A DNA stretch of 64,000 bases from Escherichia coli (GTDB taxonomy: Bacteria; Pseudomonadota; Gammaproteobacteria; Enterobacterales; Enterobacteriaceae). Below, in pieces: positions 38,143-49,207 of this stretch. The notes beneath the pieces were generated by a model that saw only the letters and a program-made list of their open reading frames with translations, was not told where the DNA came from and did no database searches. The position numbers and the translations under genes are program-made. Numbering within the stretch: position 1 is the stretch's first letter; every line of letters begins with the position of its first letter. The DNA lies in the NCBI RefSeq assembly GCF_001677475.2, contig NZ_CP015229.1. One strand, written 5' to 3'.

Positions 38143-38159
38143 ATGCATCTTTTATGCCA
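38143..38159 (-). promoter_or_regulatory. sigma-54 promoter of fdhF
   Basis: minus strand TGGCATAAAAGATGCA matches the GG-N10-GC -24/-12 consensus, about 50 bp upstream of fdhF start. Confidence 0.7.
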
Positions 38160-38289
38160 CATTTTATTTGGGGTCATTCCCTGATATTACGGGCACTATT
38201 TATTCAAAACTCTGACGAAAAACAGGCTGTCGTCAGTTTTGACGTGACGAAACGAAATACCGCGTGACAGCCATCACGCGGCAGACATT

Positions 38290-39756
38290 TTATTTTTTCT
38301 CGACGACGGGACTTGCCTGATACCCGCCGCCCAGCGATTTCATCAACTGAATGCTTTGGATCACCCGGCGGCTGTCCAGCATCAGTAATGACATCTCCTC
38401 GGCAAGCACTGGCAACCGGGCTTCGGTGGCCTGTAAGCGGCTGGTTAAGCCGCGTTGATAGGCGGCCTCGGCAGCGCGCTGGGTGAAGCGCGTTGCTTCC
38501 ACGCGTTCAGCCTGCATCTCTCGCTCGTCGTTGAGCGTTTGCAGACGCGTGCCGTTGACGGCAACGTCGCGCACCGCATTCAGCACTGACTGGTTGTAAC
38601 GTTCAATCATCATGTTGCTGGCGGCGCGAGTGCCTTCGAGATTGGCATTCAACCGTCCACCGTCAAACAGCGGCAATTTCAGACCTGGGATAAAGTTGAA
38701 CTGGCGACTGGTTTTTTTGAATAAGGTATCCAGGTGGATAGAATCCAGGCCGAAAAACGCTTTGATATCAAAGCTCGGATAGAACAGCGCCCGCGCGGAA
38801 TCCACCTGATCTAATGACGCCTGAACATACCAGCGCATAGCTTGCAGATCCGGGCGTCTGGCGAGCAACTCATAAGAGAGTGTCGCCGGAATACCGGTCT
38901 GGACTTGCGGTAATGCCACCGGTTTGATCTCCGGCATATCGCTGGCTCCCGCGCCAATCAATGCACGCAGAGATTCTCGCGTTTCGGTGATTTGCCCTTT
39001 AACGGCAGCAATTTGTTTATCGACCGCCAGAATCTGTGCCCGCGCGCCGTGGAAAGGCACTTGCGCTTCCAGACCGTGCGCCACTTTACTCTGGTGCGCT
39101 TTCACCGCGTAATCAATCACATCGCGTGTTTGTTCTAACAGATCGAGCATCTGATAGCTGGCCTGCATACTGTAATAAAGCTGCGCTACGCCCGTGGTCA
39201 GCGATAGTTCTACTGCTGCGGTTTCTGCCAGCGCTGCATTATGCGCGCCAATGGCGGCGGCAACCGCTGAGCGATGCACACCCCACAAATCAAGATCCAG
39301 TCCGGCAAACAAACCGACTGTGGCTTCCGTATAGTACGGCCCGTCCATCCCCAGTGCGGGCGCATCCATCGCATAAGGGCTTAAAAAGCCGTTCGCCGAG
39401 ACACGTTGGCGGTTGAGCATCCCTAACGCTGCGACCTGTAATTGTGAACCGGCATCTAACAAATCGGCCTGCGACTGCGCTTTTTCTTCCCGCAGTTTCG
39501 CTTCGGCGAGGGTGTGTGAACCACTTAGCGTCCGTTGGATCAGTGCATCCAACTGCGGGTCATTGAGTTGTTTCCACCACTGCGCCTGCGGCCAGCCGGA
39601 GCTGGCAAGATGAATATCATCGGCCAGTTTGATTTGTTCCGGTTTGAGCTGTTGATGAGGCGCAGAATCCTTACGTACCAGGGCACAGCCGGAAATCAGC
39701 GTCGTGCTGCCGAGAATGCTGCACAACAGCAGGCGTGAAAGTTGACGATTGATCAT
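38290..39756 (-). CDS. mdtP: outer-membrane efflux factor (OMF/TolC-like lipoprotein)
   Basis: 488 aa; lipoprotein signal (LISGCA); OMF family. Confidence 0.9.
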   Translation of the reverse strand: MINRQLSRLLLCSILGSTTLISGCALVRKDSAPHQQLKPEQIKLADDIHLASSGWPQAQWWKQLNDPQLDALIQRTLSGSHTLAEAKLREEKAQSQADLLDAGSQLQVAALGMLNRQRVSANGFLSPYAMDAPALGMDGPYYTEATVGLFAGLDLDLWGVHRSAVAAAIGAHNAALAETAAVELSLTTGVAQLYYSMQASYQMLDLLEQTRDVIDYAVKAHQSKVAHGLEAQVPFHGARAQILAVDKQIAAVKGQITETRESLRALIGAGASDMPEIKPVALPQVQTGIPATLSYELLARRPDLQAMRWYVQASLDQVDSARALFYPSFDIKAFFGLDSIHLDTLFKKTSRQFNFIPGLKLPLFDGGRLNANLEGTRAASNMMIERYNQSVLNAVRDVAVNGTRLQTLNDEREMQAERVEATRFTQRAAEAAYQRGLTSRLQATEARLPVLAEEMSLLMLDSRRVIQSIQLMKSLGGGYQASPVVEKK

Positions 39757-41804
39757 TGCGTGGCTCCTTGTACCTGTTCCGTGGCGGGCGTTAATACCGG
39801 GGCTGTCCAGTCTGGCAAGCGGGCGAAAAGCTGGCAGACGTGTTGCTCCTGTTTTAATAAGGTCGGCAGGATGGCCTGCGAGGCGGGTGTTTCTTCAAGC
39901 GTTATTTGAGGAGAACGGCTGAGTGCGGTTGCCAGACCGGCGGCGTATTTCTCCAGTGCGTCGGCAAACTGACCTGCTCTGTCCGGCTGGAGCGCGTTAT
40001 CCAGCGCCTGCGCCGAGTTCCAGGTTGCATCCCAGGCGTGAAGAATATCGCGGCCCTGACGAATAACCGTTTGCGAACGTTCAATCAGTAAAGCGCGTTC
40101 TTCGCTGTCCAGTTGACGCTCCAGCGCCACGCGTTGGCACATCTCTTCACAGGCATTAAACGCCGCATGCAGACCTATACGAATTTGCAGATAAGTGCGC
40201 AGAGCCGTGACTTCCTGTTGGCGCGGGATACGCATCAGTTTGCTTAACATACCCAGCGCGCCAGCCAGTTTTTGCGGCAGTGCACGCGCTTCGCTTTCAG
40301 GCCAGACAAAGGTGTAAATCACCGCCGATACTGCCGTACCGATAAGAATGCCGATGGCACGATCGCGTATTTCCACCAGGTCGTAAAACGGACCAAAGAC
40401 GTTTTCGAGCGTGGCGAGAGCAAAGGTCACCACCATCTGCGTGCCGATATAAGAAGAACGCTCAGAGCTGGTGGCGAACCACGCACCTGCCAGGAAAATC
40501 GGTGCCAGTACGAGCAGCAATTCGACAATGTTGTCCAGCCATGGCATGACCAGTAGCGTAAACAGCAACGCCAGAATTGCACCACAAAAAGCTCCGCCAA
40601 AACGTAGCGCCATCTTCTGGTACGAAGAACCGATATTAGGGTTAGCGACGATCACGCAGGTCAGCATACAGGTGTGAATGCCTTCCCAGTCCACGCCGCT
40701 GTAGAAGGTGTAACAGATCAAACAGGCCAGCAGCGTTTTTACTGCGTAACGCATATAGTCCGGATTAGTAAAGGCATCGGCGACCATTGACGGCGGTTTG
40801 GCGGCGGGCGTTGGCGGTGTGTGCGGATCCATCTGACCAAGCTGTAACAGTGTCTGGCAGATATTCTCCAGGTTACATTCCCGTGCCGCCATCGCTTCAT
40901 CTTCACTAAGCCGCCAGTCGCTTTGCCAGCACTGCCCTTTGGCAATAGCATGTTGCAGCTTGGTGATTTCAATGGCTAATTTTTGCCGAAACTCAATGAT
41001 TACCTGCGAATCAGCAAAAGAGGTGGGATCGTAGCGATTCAGCGTCGAGTAAATGTAGGTTACCGTTGCCACGCAGCTTTGCCACCATGCGCTCTGGGCT
41101 CGCCAGTTGGCATCATCCGCGAGGCAAAAGACATTGAGTTTTTGCAGCGCCAGCGTCTCTCTTTCAATCCGCGTTTCGGGTAGCGGTGCGAGGCTGTCCG
41201 TCAGGTGGCTAATGGCATCATCAAGCCGATCATTAATCGCCTGATGCATCTGCGTAATGGCACGACTGGGAAACCACAGCACGCCGATTAACGTCATCAG
41301 CAAGGTTGGATAGAGGCCAACAACGATACACCACAGGGTTAAGCGCACGACCACTTCCGGATAGTCGAGCATGGCGGGGAAGGTTTGCCCGTAAATAGCG
41401 ACAATGGCGACGGCGAAAAAGACCAGCCCCAACCGATGGGTGCGCATCAAAAACATACAGCCCATCAGGATAGGACCTGCGATGATCAATCGGATCAACG
41501 GTTCGCCATATGACCATTTGTAGATCAAAAACAGGCTGGCGATCTCCAGCACCGTGGCGACCACAAACAAGATCGCCACAAATTTGGTGTAAAACGCGTT
41601 CGACTGAATACCGTAAAACAGCACTGCCAGTGATAACGCCACAAAAGGGATCTCAAAAGTCATCGAGATCAGAATCACCAGTAGGCAGCCTACCCAGAGT
41701 TGCACGGTCTGCGGCACACGACCTGGCCGCCGCTCGCTTAACTCTTCATGAAAGAACGCCAGCAGCCTGACCACCGGTAATGGCAGGGAGTTGAGCGCGC
41801 TCAT
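39753..41804 (-). CDS. mdtO: putative aromatic-acid exporter-family efflux inner-membrane protein
   Basis: 683 aa; two hydrophobic domains; start overlaps mdtN stop. Confidence 0.9.
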   Translation of the reverse strand: MSALNSLPLPVVRLLAFFHEELSERRPGRVPQTVQLWVGCLLVILISMTFEIPFVALSLAVLFYGIQSNAFYTKFVAILFVVATVLEIASLFLIYKWSYGEPLIRLIIAGPILMGCMFLMRTHRLGLVFFAVAIVAIYGQTFPAMLDYPEVVVRLTLWCIVVGLYPTLLMTLIGVLWFPSRAITQMHQAINDRLDDAISHLTDSLAPLPETRIERETLALQKLNVFCLADDANWRAQSAWWQSCVATVTYIYSTLNRYDPTSFADSQVIIEFRQKLAIEITKLQHAIAKGQCWQSDWRLSEDEAMAARECNLENICQTLLQLGQMDPHTPPTPAAKPPSMVADAFTNPDYMRYAVKTLLACLICYTFYSGVDWEGIHTCMLTCVIVANPNIGSSYQKMALRFGGAFCGAILALLFTLLVMPWLDNIVELLLVLAPIFLAGAWFATSSERSSYIGTQMVVTFALATLENVFGPFYDLVEIRDRAIGILIGTAVSAVIYTFVWPESEARALPQKLAGALGMLSKLMRIPRQQEVTALRTYLQIRIGLHAAFNACEEMCQRVALERQLDSEERALLIERSQTVIRQGRDILHAWDATWNSAQALDNALQPDRAGQFADALEKYAAGLATALSRSPQITLEETPASQAILPTLLKQEQHVCQLFARLPDWTAPVLTPATEQVQGATQ

Positions 41805-42835
41805 TATTGCGGCTCAAGATTAGCGACTGCCGACGCGCCAATACGGAACATTTCCGGGTCAGGTTTATCGACCATGATTTTGACCGGAAAACGCTGGGCA
41901 ACGCGGACCCAGTTAATAGAACGAGAAACTTTCGGCAGGCCGCCCAGCACCAGGCCGCCGTCATCCGGTAGCACGCCGTAGCCAATCGAATCCACTTTAC
42001 CTTCGAAGGTTTTGCCGCTGTCGCTCATCAGGCGAATCGTTGCGGGTGTACCTGAGCGAATATTTTTCAGATCGGTTTCGCGGAAGTTGGCGATCACGTA
42101 CCAGTGACGAGTGTCGATTAGGGTAAAAATAGGGCGCATGGCAGAAGCAAATTGCCCGACGGAGGTTTTGAGAGAAATGACCCGGCCATCAAACGGCGCG
42201 CGAACGGTCGCCATTTCCAGATGCAGTTTGGTCAGGGCAATATCCGCTTCGACCGCCGCACGTTGCGCCACCAGCGCATCGACGCCGCTGACGGCGCTGG
42301 CGGCTGACTGCGCCTGTAACAATACGGCATTAAGATCCGCTTCTGCGGCGCGCTGCGCCGTTCTTGCACGGTCAACGTCTTCCGCTGAGACAAAACCTTC
42401 TTTCAATAATGGCTCGGTGCGGCGTAATGTATCTGTGGCCTGTTTCGCGGCGGCACGGGCTTTTTCTACCGTGGCATTAACCGAGTCGGCACCAAACTGT
42501 TGCGCGTCAACGCTACGCTGGGTGAGCATAATTTGCTTATCCAGCGCCGCGAGGGAGGCTTCGGCTTTCGCCAGATTGGCTTCGTACGGGCGCGGGTCGA
42601 TGCGGAACAGTAAATCGCCCTGTTTCACTGCCTGGTTGTCGGTGACCGCCAGTTCTACAATGCGACCGCTGACTTCCGGCACCACATCAATGGTATCTGC
42701 TGACGCGTAAGCGTCATTAGTTGATGGCGCACTGTCTACGCGCCAGATAACGAAAACAAGGGCAACCAGCGCCAACGCAACCACTAACAGAGCAGGGAAT
42801 TTACTGCGAGGAGCTTTTTTCGGCGTACTTTCCAT
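41804..42835 (-). CDS. mdtN: membrane fusion protein (HlyD family)
   Basis: 343 aa; N-terminal TM anchor, coiled-coil and lipoyl-like domains. Confidence 0.9.
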   Translation of the reverse strand: MESTPKKAPRSKFPALLVVALALVALVFVIWRVDSAPSTNDAYASADTIDVVPEVSGRIVELAVTDNQAVKQGDLLFRIDPRPYEANLAKAEASLAALDKQIMLTQRSVDAQQFGADSVNATVEKARAAAKQATDTLRRTEPLLKEGFVSAEDVDRARTAQRAAEADLNAVLLQAQSAASAVSGVDALVAQRAAVEADIALTKLHLEMATVRAPFDGRVISLKTSVGQFASAMRPIFTLIDTRHWYVIANFRETDLKNIRSGTPATIRLMSDSGKTFEGKVDSIGYGVLPDDGGLVLGGLPKVSRSINWVRVAQRFPVKIMVDKPDPEMFRIGASAVANLEPQ

Positions 42836-42853
42836 GAGCGCGTCTCAAATAGA

Positions 42854-43129
42854 TTAGAAAAATGCCAGCCAGAGCAGCATGGCGTAGAGAGCAAAAAGGG
42901 CGGTATAAATAATTCCGACAAATGCCAGATTGATATTTGCCCGCTGAATAATTCGCCTCGCGATGAGCGTCAAAATAAGGCTGGCAATAGCGCAGAAAAA
43001 CCAGCTGGGATAATAAGCGCCGATCACCGGGATTGCCGGAGATAATGAGCATCCCGAAACCATGAAGACGGGAATTATCCAGGCTGTTTTTTTGAGTTGC
43101 ATCGCCATGCGAGAGAGAACTGTTGGCAT
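42854..43129 (-). CDS. ytcA: small lipoprotein YtcA
   Basis: 91 aa from MPTVLSRMAMQLKK; lipobox MVSGCS; first gene of the mdt operon. Confidence 0.8.
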   Translation of the reverse strand: MPTVLSRMAMQLKKTAWIIPVFMVSGCSLSPAIPVIGAYYPSWFFCAIASLILTLIARRIIQRANINLAFVGIIYTALFALYAMLLWLAFF

Positions 43130-43301
43130 ATTAAATACATCCTGTCTGCTGCGAACAATATCTGTAGTGAATATCAATATCCATTGAAGGCGTCAGTATG
43201 GCTATTTTCTTGATGAATAAAAATAGCTTTATTCAGCCACCGCATTCATAACTTATATATTTTATGTATTAATTGCCTGTATGTATTTTTATAATAAATA
43301 C

Positions 43302-43328
43302 TTTTGGGGGCTTAAGCGCCCCCAAAAG
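43302..43328 (-). terminator. hairpin terminator downstream of yjcS
   Basis: TTTTGGGGGC-TTAA-GCGCCCCCAAAA perfect stem with A/T-rich flank. Confidence 0.6.
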
Positions 43329-43337
43329 TGAGTGGCA

Positions 43338-45323
43338 TTAATTTGGGGTTACGATATTCACCCACAAATCGAAATTATCCAGACAGGCAATAATTTCTTC
43401 CAGTTTCGCGCCATTGCCAATAATTTTGGCTTTCTTCGCTTTTACCAGATCCGCCATTTTGGCTTGTCCGGTCAGCACGGCGTGCAGATCTTCACGGCTA
43501 ATGTAGAAGGACGCATTGGCTTGCGGTTGCAGCGTTTTACGGTAGTTAAGCACGCTATCGTTCAGGGTCAGGTTGAGGTTATCGCCGTTACTCATATTGA
43601 AGTTCAGGCTGATGTTCTTCCCGGCGGCTTTTTCGCTATCGAGGCGAACAGCCATAAAGTCGAACAGCATTTCGACCGACATCCCGCGAATGGTATCCGG
43701 GGAACCGGTGGTGCCGTGGCTGAACTTATGTACCCCTTCGCGCAGCTCTTTCGCGCCAGTCAGGTAGAAACCGCGCCAGGTGGCTGACTCCGCCTGATAA
43801 CCAAGCTGTTCAAAGTTATTGGCTTGCAGATTCTTCGCCACCTGGTCGCCCGGATTGGCGGCAATCACCTGTTTCAGTAACTCTGCCGACCAGCGATAAT
43901 CTCCCTGCTTGTTTGCTTCTTGCGCCAGGCTGATGACGCGTGCGGAACCGCCCAACGCCTGTACATAACGTTTACCCATCTCCACCTGACCATACGGATG
44001 CAGGTTTGCCGGGTTACCGTCGTAATAGCCGAGGTAGAAGTTATATACCGCACGGGCGTTGTGGCTGACAGAACCGTAATAGCCACGGCTGGCCCAGTTA
44101 TTGGCAAGCGCAGGCGGCAGCTTAATCATGTCGCCGATTTCATTCATGGTGTAGCCCTGGTTTGCCAGGTGCAGGGTCTGGTCGTGAATGTACTTGATAG
44201 TATCGCGATATTTACCAATATAATCATTGATATGCTTATTGCCCCATACCGGCCAGGTGTGCGGCATAAACAGGACTTCCGCTTCGTTACCCCACATATC
44301 CAGCGTTTCGTTCAGGTACTCGGTCCACTTGTTGGTATCGCGGGTTTTCGCGCCGCGCAGAGTGTAGAAGTTGTGCAGGGTATGCGTGGCGTTCTCGGCG
44401 GTACACAGGGCTTTCAGGGCCGGAATATAGAAGTGCATTTCCGCTGGCGCTTCGCTGCCTGGGGTCATCAGGAAGTCAAACTCCAGGCCGTCGATAATCA
44501 TCTTCTCGCCAGTTCTGACGATCGTTTTGGTTGGCGCAATAATGCTTGGGTCACCGGTTGCCAGCGTCACGCCAAGGCCATTACCCACGTTACCCTGCGC
44601 GTTGTGCGGCAGTAACAGGCCGTAAGAGTAGAGCGCACGGCGGCTCATAATGTTACCCGCCAGTACGTTTTCACTGATGGCTTCGTCCATAAATCCAGCA
44701 GGGGCAATCACCTGCACTTTGCCCGATTTAACATCGGCTTCAGAGATAATACCTTTCACGCCACCATAGTGGTCAGTGTGGCTGTGGGTGTAGATAACCG
44801 CAACAATCGGTTTTTGCGGACGATGCTGGAAGTAAAGGTCAAGGGCGGCTTTTGCGGCAGGCGGCGTTACCAGCGGGTCGATAACAATAATGCCTTTCTC
44901 GCCTTCCACGAACGTAATGTTGGAGATGTCCTGACCACGCACCTGATACATTTTATCGGTGACTTTGAACAGGCCAGAAATACCGTTGATCTGTGACTGA
45001 CGCCACAGGCTGGGGTTTACGGTTTCCGGCGCAGCGGCATTAATATCAAATTTGTAATCGTCTGCGCGGTAGTAAACTTTACCGTTCGCATCACGCAGAA
45101 TACCTTCGTTCAGCAGCGGAGCGATAAATCCACGCTGGGCATCGTCAAAATCCTGACGATCGCTAAACGGTAATGATTTGGCGTAATTCTGATTAACCTG
45201 TTGCGTATATTGGGAGGCGGCTTTCGCTTCCTCTTTCGCGTAAGCGGTATTTACCATCATGCCGCTGGCGGCGGTTAACGCAATAACAATCCTGCTCAAA
45301 CGGAATAACCGAGAGTTATTCAT
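43338..45323 (-). CDS. yjcS: alkyl/aryl-sulfatase (metallo-beta-lactamase fold)
   Basis: 661 aa; signal peptide; HxHxDH zinc motif ([11 protein letters not shown]). Confidence 0.9.
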   Translation of the reverse strand: MNNSRLFRLSRIVIALTAASGMMVNTAYAKEEAKAASQYTQQVNQNYAKSLPFSDRQDFDDAQRGFIAPLLNEGILRDANGKVYYRADDYKFDINAAAPETVNPSLWRQSQINGISGLFKVTDKMYQVRGQDISNITFVEGEKGIIVIDPLVTPPAAKAALDLYFQHRPQKPIVAVIYTHSHTDHYGGVKGIISEADVKSGKVQVIAPAGFMDEAISENVLAGNIMSRRALYSYGLLLPHNAQGNVGNGLGVTLATGDPSIIAPTKTIVRTGEKMIIDGLEFDFLMTPGSEAPAEMHFYIPALKALCTAENATHTLHNFYTLRGAKTRDTNKWTEYLNETLDMWGNEAEVLFMPHTWPVWGNKHINDYIGKYRDTIKYIHDQTLHLANQGYTMNEIGDMIKLPPALANNWASRGYYGSVSHNARAVYNFYLGYYDGNPANLHPYGQVEMGKRYVQALGGSARVISLAQEANKQGDYRWSAELLKQVIAANPGDQVAKNLQANNFEQLGYQAESATWRGFYLTGAKELREGVHKFSHGTTGSPDTIRGMSVEMLFDFMAVRLDSEKAAGKNISLNFNMSNGDNLNLTLNDSVLNYRKTLQPQANASFYISREDLHAVLTGQAKMADLVKAKKAKIIGNGAKLEEIIACLDNFDLWVNIVTPN

Positions 45324-45575
45324 ATAAATCTCCATTTATCATTTGTGTCGTAAATATGTAATCCATGCAAAATACGTCATTTAAAGCTGGCGATATCATA
45401 ATTGGGAAATTGCGACTTTAATAAGTAGAAGTGTGAGCTGAACGCGCCATTTTATTAGGCATTTGTGCTGAAGAGGGAAAAGTACGCAAATTTATTATCT
45501 CTGTAAATAATATGAGGTGTTTTATATATTTATTATATATATTGTACTTCGGCAAATACTGAGCACAATTAATCA

Positions 45576-45893
45576 ATGCAACCGGTGTTTTTTATTAAAA
45601 AACGTACCGGAGCAATGGGCGGTCATGTCGCTGGCACCGCAGGATTCTGTGTTGCTGTGCCAGCCTTTTATTCATGGTCAATGAGTGAGGGGATTGATAA
45701 AGAAACCAGGTCGTCAGAGCGCACTGATTATCCGCATTACGCCAGTGAAGTTGCACTGGCTTTTGGTTCACGAGTGGTTGGCCTCGAACTGGCAAAAATG
45801 ATTGTGGATGCGTGGCTGGGCGCGCAGTACGAAGGCGGTCGTCATCAACAACGCGTGGAGGCGATTACGGCAATAGAGCAGCGGAGAAATTGA
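45576..45893 (+). CDS. hypothetical small protein at the yjcS/yjdP junction
   Basis: 105-aa ORF preceded by a very AT-rich 230-bp leader; no recognisable motif. Confidence 0.35.
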   Translation: MQPVFFIKKRTGAMGGHVAGTAGFCVAVPAFYSWSMSEGIDKETRSSERTDYPHYASEVALAFGSRVVGLELAKMIVDAWLGAQYEGGRHQQRVEAITAIEQRRN

Positions 45894-45961
45894 GATTCAT
45901 CCACTACTTGCATGGATGAGTAATGACTAATGTGGATAGAGTTTCTTTTTGAGGTTGGCTA

Positions 45962-46291
45962 ATGAAACGCTTTCCGCTATTTCTTTTATTCACCCTGCTC
46001 ACGCTGTCCACCGTTCCGGCCCAGGCCGATATTATCGACGACACCATTGGCAATATTCAGCAGGCGATTAACGACGCTTATAACCCTGACCGTGGGCGAG
46101 ACTATGAAGATTCGCACGACGACGGCTGGCAGCGTGAAGTGAGCGACGATCGGCGCAGACAATATGACGACCGCCGCCGCCAGTTTGAAGATCGCCGCAG
46201 GCAGCTGGACGATCGCCAGCGCCAGCTTGATCAGGAGCGTCGGCAACTGGAGGATGAAGAGCGGAGAATGGAAGATGAGTATGGGCGATGA
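45962..46291 (+). CDS. yjdP: secreted, Arg/Asp/Glu-rich repeat protein
   Basis: 109 aa; signal peptide; repeated DDRRRQ/RRQL units. Confidence 0.8.
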   Translation: MKRFPLFLLFTLLTLSTVPAQADIIDDTIGNIQQAINDAYNPDRGRDYEDSHDDGWQREVSDDRRRQYDDRRRQFEDRRRQLDDRQRQLDQERRQLEDEERRMEDEYGR

Positions 46292-46332
46292 GGTAGGCTC
46301 GGGTGAGGGGGCCAGCGAGCACATTCTCCCCA

Positions 46333-47091
46333 TCACGCCACCCCAATCTCCATCCCATCAAACCCCGCCTCAAACCCCGACGGCAGTGCGTTTTCCATCA
46401 GCCACGCATCAAACTGGTGGCTGATATGGGTCAGAATCACCCGTGGCGAGCGGATAACCTGATTCAGCGCAAGCACGGTATTTAAATCACAGTGATTACG
46501 CGGTGCATCCTCGCGCGGCGGGTGGCTGCAATCAATCACCATTACCTGCGGCTGATTATTGCGTAAAAATTTCAGCGTTTTTTCCGGCAAGCCAGCGGTG
46601 TCAGACAGCCACGCCACCCGGCTGTGTGCCGTTTCCAGCAGATAACCGAAGGTCAGTTTTGAGTGGTTGAGCGGCAGCGGCGTGACCTGTAATCCCTGCA
46701 AATCAAACATCACAAATGGCTCCACCGTGTGGCTGAAATCAAGCAGGCCCGGATGTTTAAACAGATCGTCGCAGCCCTGTTCATCCGGCGGGCCGTAGAT
46801 CGGGATCGAATCGCCCACGCCCCAGCGCAGCGGAAACAGCCCCTGCACGTGATCCATATGGTAGTGCGTCAGCAAAAACTGCTGGAACGATCCGGGCGAC
46901 CAGCGATCGGCGAGATCGTGCAGCCCGGCGTCGATCAGGGTGATCGCGTCGTTAAACTTCACGACGCCGCTGCATGGCTGGCGGCGATACTGCGGTGAGC
47001 GCCGCGCTCTGGCGCAGGCCGCGCACTCACAGCCCCATGCGGGAACGCCCTGTGCGCCGCCAGTGCCAGTAAGTGTGAGGGTCAGGCTCAT
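46333..47091 (-). CDS. phnP: phosphoribosyl cyclic phosphodiesterase (metallo-beta-lactamase)
   Basis: 252 aa; HxHxDH motif ([10 protein letters not shown]). Confidence 0.95.
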   Translation of the reverse strand: MSLTLTLTGTGGAQGVPAWGCECAACARARRSPQYRRQPCSGVVKFNDAITLIDAGLHDLADRWSPGSFQQFLLTHYHMDHVQGLFPLRWGVGDSIPIYGPPDEQGCDDLFKHPGLLDFSHTVEPFVMFDLQGLQVTPLPLNHSKLTFGYLLETAHSRVAWLSDTAGLPEKTLKFLRNNQPQVMVIDCSHPPREDAPRNHCDLNTVLALNQVIRSPRVILTHISHQFDAWLMENALPSGFEAGFDGMEIGVA

Positions 47092-47092
47092 G

Positions 47093-47527
47093 TTACAGCG
47101 CCTTGGTGAAGCGGAAGTGGCTCTGCTCGTAGCCTTCGCGCAGATAGAAACGGTGCGCGTCGTGGCGCTTGACGTTGGTGGAAAGCTCGGTCATTTCGGC
47201 CCCGGCCTGGCGGGCTTCTTCTTCTGCCCATGCCAGTAATTTACTGCCGACATTCAGACCGCGCGCCTGCGGCATCACCACCAGTTCCTGAATTTCGCCG
47301 ATCCAGTTGACATGATGCAGATGAAACTGCAAATGCAGGCCGATCATGCCGACAACTTCGCCATCCAGCAGCGCCAGATGGTAGCGCATGTTCGGGTCGC
47401 GCAGGTTGGCGTTAAAGCCCACGCGAAACGCGTGGTGGTCAAACTCCGCCTGTTTTAGCTCACAAATCAGCGCGTAAACTGCGTCGGTATCGTACTGCGT
47501 GGCCGGGCGAAGCTCACAAGCAGGCAT
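47093..47527 (-). CDS. phnO: aminoalkylphosphonate N-acetyltransferase (GNAT)
   Basis: 144 aa GNAT fold. Confidence 0.95.
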
Positions 47528-48071
47528 GGTGTTTCTCCTTCTGATGAATCAGCGTCAGCAGCGTGTCGACCGACTGGCGCAGGCTGCCGTCATTATTGAG
47601 CGTATGGCAATCCTGAGGAGTATAGCGGGCGGCGCGCGCCAGCCGGGCGTTAATTTCACTGGCGTTTTCACGGCCACGGTTTTCCAGGCGCTGGCGCAGG
47701 ATCTCCGGCGAAACCTGTAAGCAAATGGGCAGCAGCGCCGATTGATAGCGCGCCCGCGCCTGCGGCAAATGTGCGCGTGAGCCGTTGACCACCACGTCAA
47801 ATCCAGCGTGCAGCCAGAGGTCAATCTCGACGCCGATGCCATAATACAGGCCGTTGGCGTGCCAGCTTAAGGCCAGAAGGTTCTGCCCCGCGCGGGTAAA
47901 AAACTCCTGCTCGCTCAGGGCGATATGGTTTTCACTTCCGGCGCTGGCGGCGCGCGTGATGTAGCGATGCGCTACCAGTAGCTGAGTTTGTTCCCGCTGG
48001 CGAAGTTCCGTCAACAGACTGTCTTTTCCGGAGCCAGAGGCCCCCATTAACCAAATCAGTTTTCCCGTCAT
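47514..48071 (-). CDS. phnN: ribose 1,5-bisphosphate phosphokinase
   Basis: 185 aa; P-loop GASGSGKDS. Confidence 0.95.
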
Positions 48072-49207
48072 CAGAACACCCTTTTCCCCTGACGCCAGAC
48101 GTGGTCGATGTGAATGTGATTGCCCTTGCGATGCGCCAGCACCAGGTCGGCGCGTTTACCCTCGCCAATCACCCCGCGATCCTGAAGATTCAGCGCCTGG
48201 GCCGGGTTTTTGGTCACCAGCTTCACCGCCTGCGGCAGCGTAAAGCGGTTGCTCTGGTCATCGGCGACGCGGAACGCCGCATCCAGCAGGCTGGCGGGGT
48301 AGTAGTCGGAAGAGAGGATATCCAGCAGGCCAAGCTGTGCCAGCTCACTTGCCGCCACGTTACCGGAGTGCGAACCGCCGCGCACGATATTCGGCGCGCC
48401 CATCAGCACGTTCATACCATGCTTGCGTGAGGCTTCTGCGGCTTCGAACGTGGTAGGAAATTCGGCGATCACGCTACCAAGCTGGTGGGATTCGGCAACG
48501 TGGGCGTGCGTGGCGTCATCGTGGCTGGCGAGCGCAATGTGTCGCGCGCGGCACATTGCGGCGATGGTTTCGCGATTTGGCTGCGACCAGCGTGCGGCGA
48601 GCGCCAATTGCTCTTCTTCGTACTGCTGCATCTGCGCATCGGTGAGGGAATATTTGCCCTGATAATATTCGCGATACTTCTCGCGATTGGCGAACTGGCG
48701 CTGGCCTGGCGAGTGGTCCATCAGCGATACCAGCGTCACCGGTTCGCGCTGCACCAGTTTTTCAAACAGCGGCAGCGTGGTGTGATGCGGCAGTTCGCAG
48801 CGCAGGTGCAGGCGGTGCTCGGCGCGGTTGACGCCGCGTTTCTGCGTCTCTTCGATGGCGTTGATCATCTTCTCCAGATTCTCCAGCCGATCGCCGCCGT
48901 CGCGCACATCACCAATCGCCACGGCGTCCAGTACGGTGGTGATGCCGCTTGCCACCATCAGCGCGTCGTGGCTGCTCATCGCCGAATGGGCGGGCCAGTC
49001 GACTTTCGGGCGCGGGGTGAAGAATTTATCGAGGTTGTCGGTATGCAGCTCAATCAGGCCGGGTAGTAGCCAGCCACCTTCGCCGTCCATCGCTTCCGGC
49101 TGGCGGCTCTGGCTTTCGGCAAAGGCGCGAATTTCGCCATCCTGTACTTCCAGTGAACCGTGCACCACTTCGTTTTCCAGCACCAGTTTGACGTTATTGA
49201 TAATCAT
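48071..49207 (-). CDS. phnM: amidohydrolase-family RPnTP diphosphatase
   Basis: 378 aa amidohydrolase fold. Confidence 0.95.
   Translation of the reverse strand: MIINNVKLVLENEVVHGSLEVQDGEIRAFAESQSRQPEAMDGEGGWLLPGLIELHTDNLDKFFTPRPKVDWPAHSAMSSHDALMVASGITTVLDAVAIGDVRDGGDRLENLEKMINAIEETQKRGVNRAEHRLHLRCELPHHTTLPLFEKLVQREPVTLVSLMDHSPGQRQFANREKYREYYQGKYSLTDAQMQQYEEEQLALAARWSQPNRETIAAMCRARHIALASHDDATHAHVAESHQLGSVIAEFPTTFEAAEASRKHGMNVLMGAPNIVRGGSHSGNVAASELAQLGLLDILSSDYYPASLLDAAFRVADDQSNRFTLPQAVKLVTKNPAQALNLQDRGVIGEGKRADLVLAHRKGNHIHIDHVWRQGKRVF

Noticed and set aside
43920-44615. 231-aa ORF antisense to yjcS
   Set aside because: Embedded in the opposite strand of a sulfatase gene with a clear metallo-beta-lactamase motif; no independent signals
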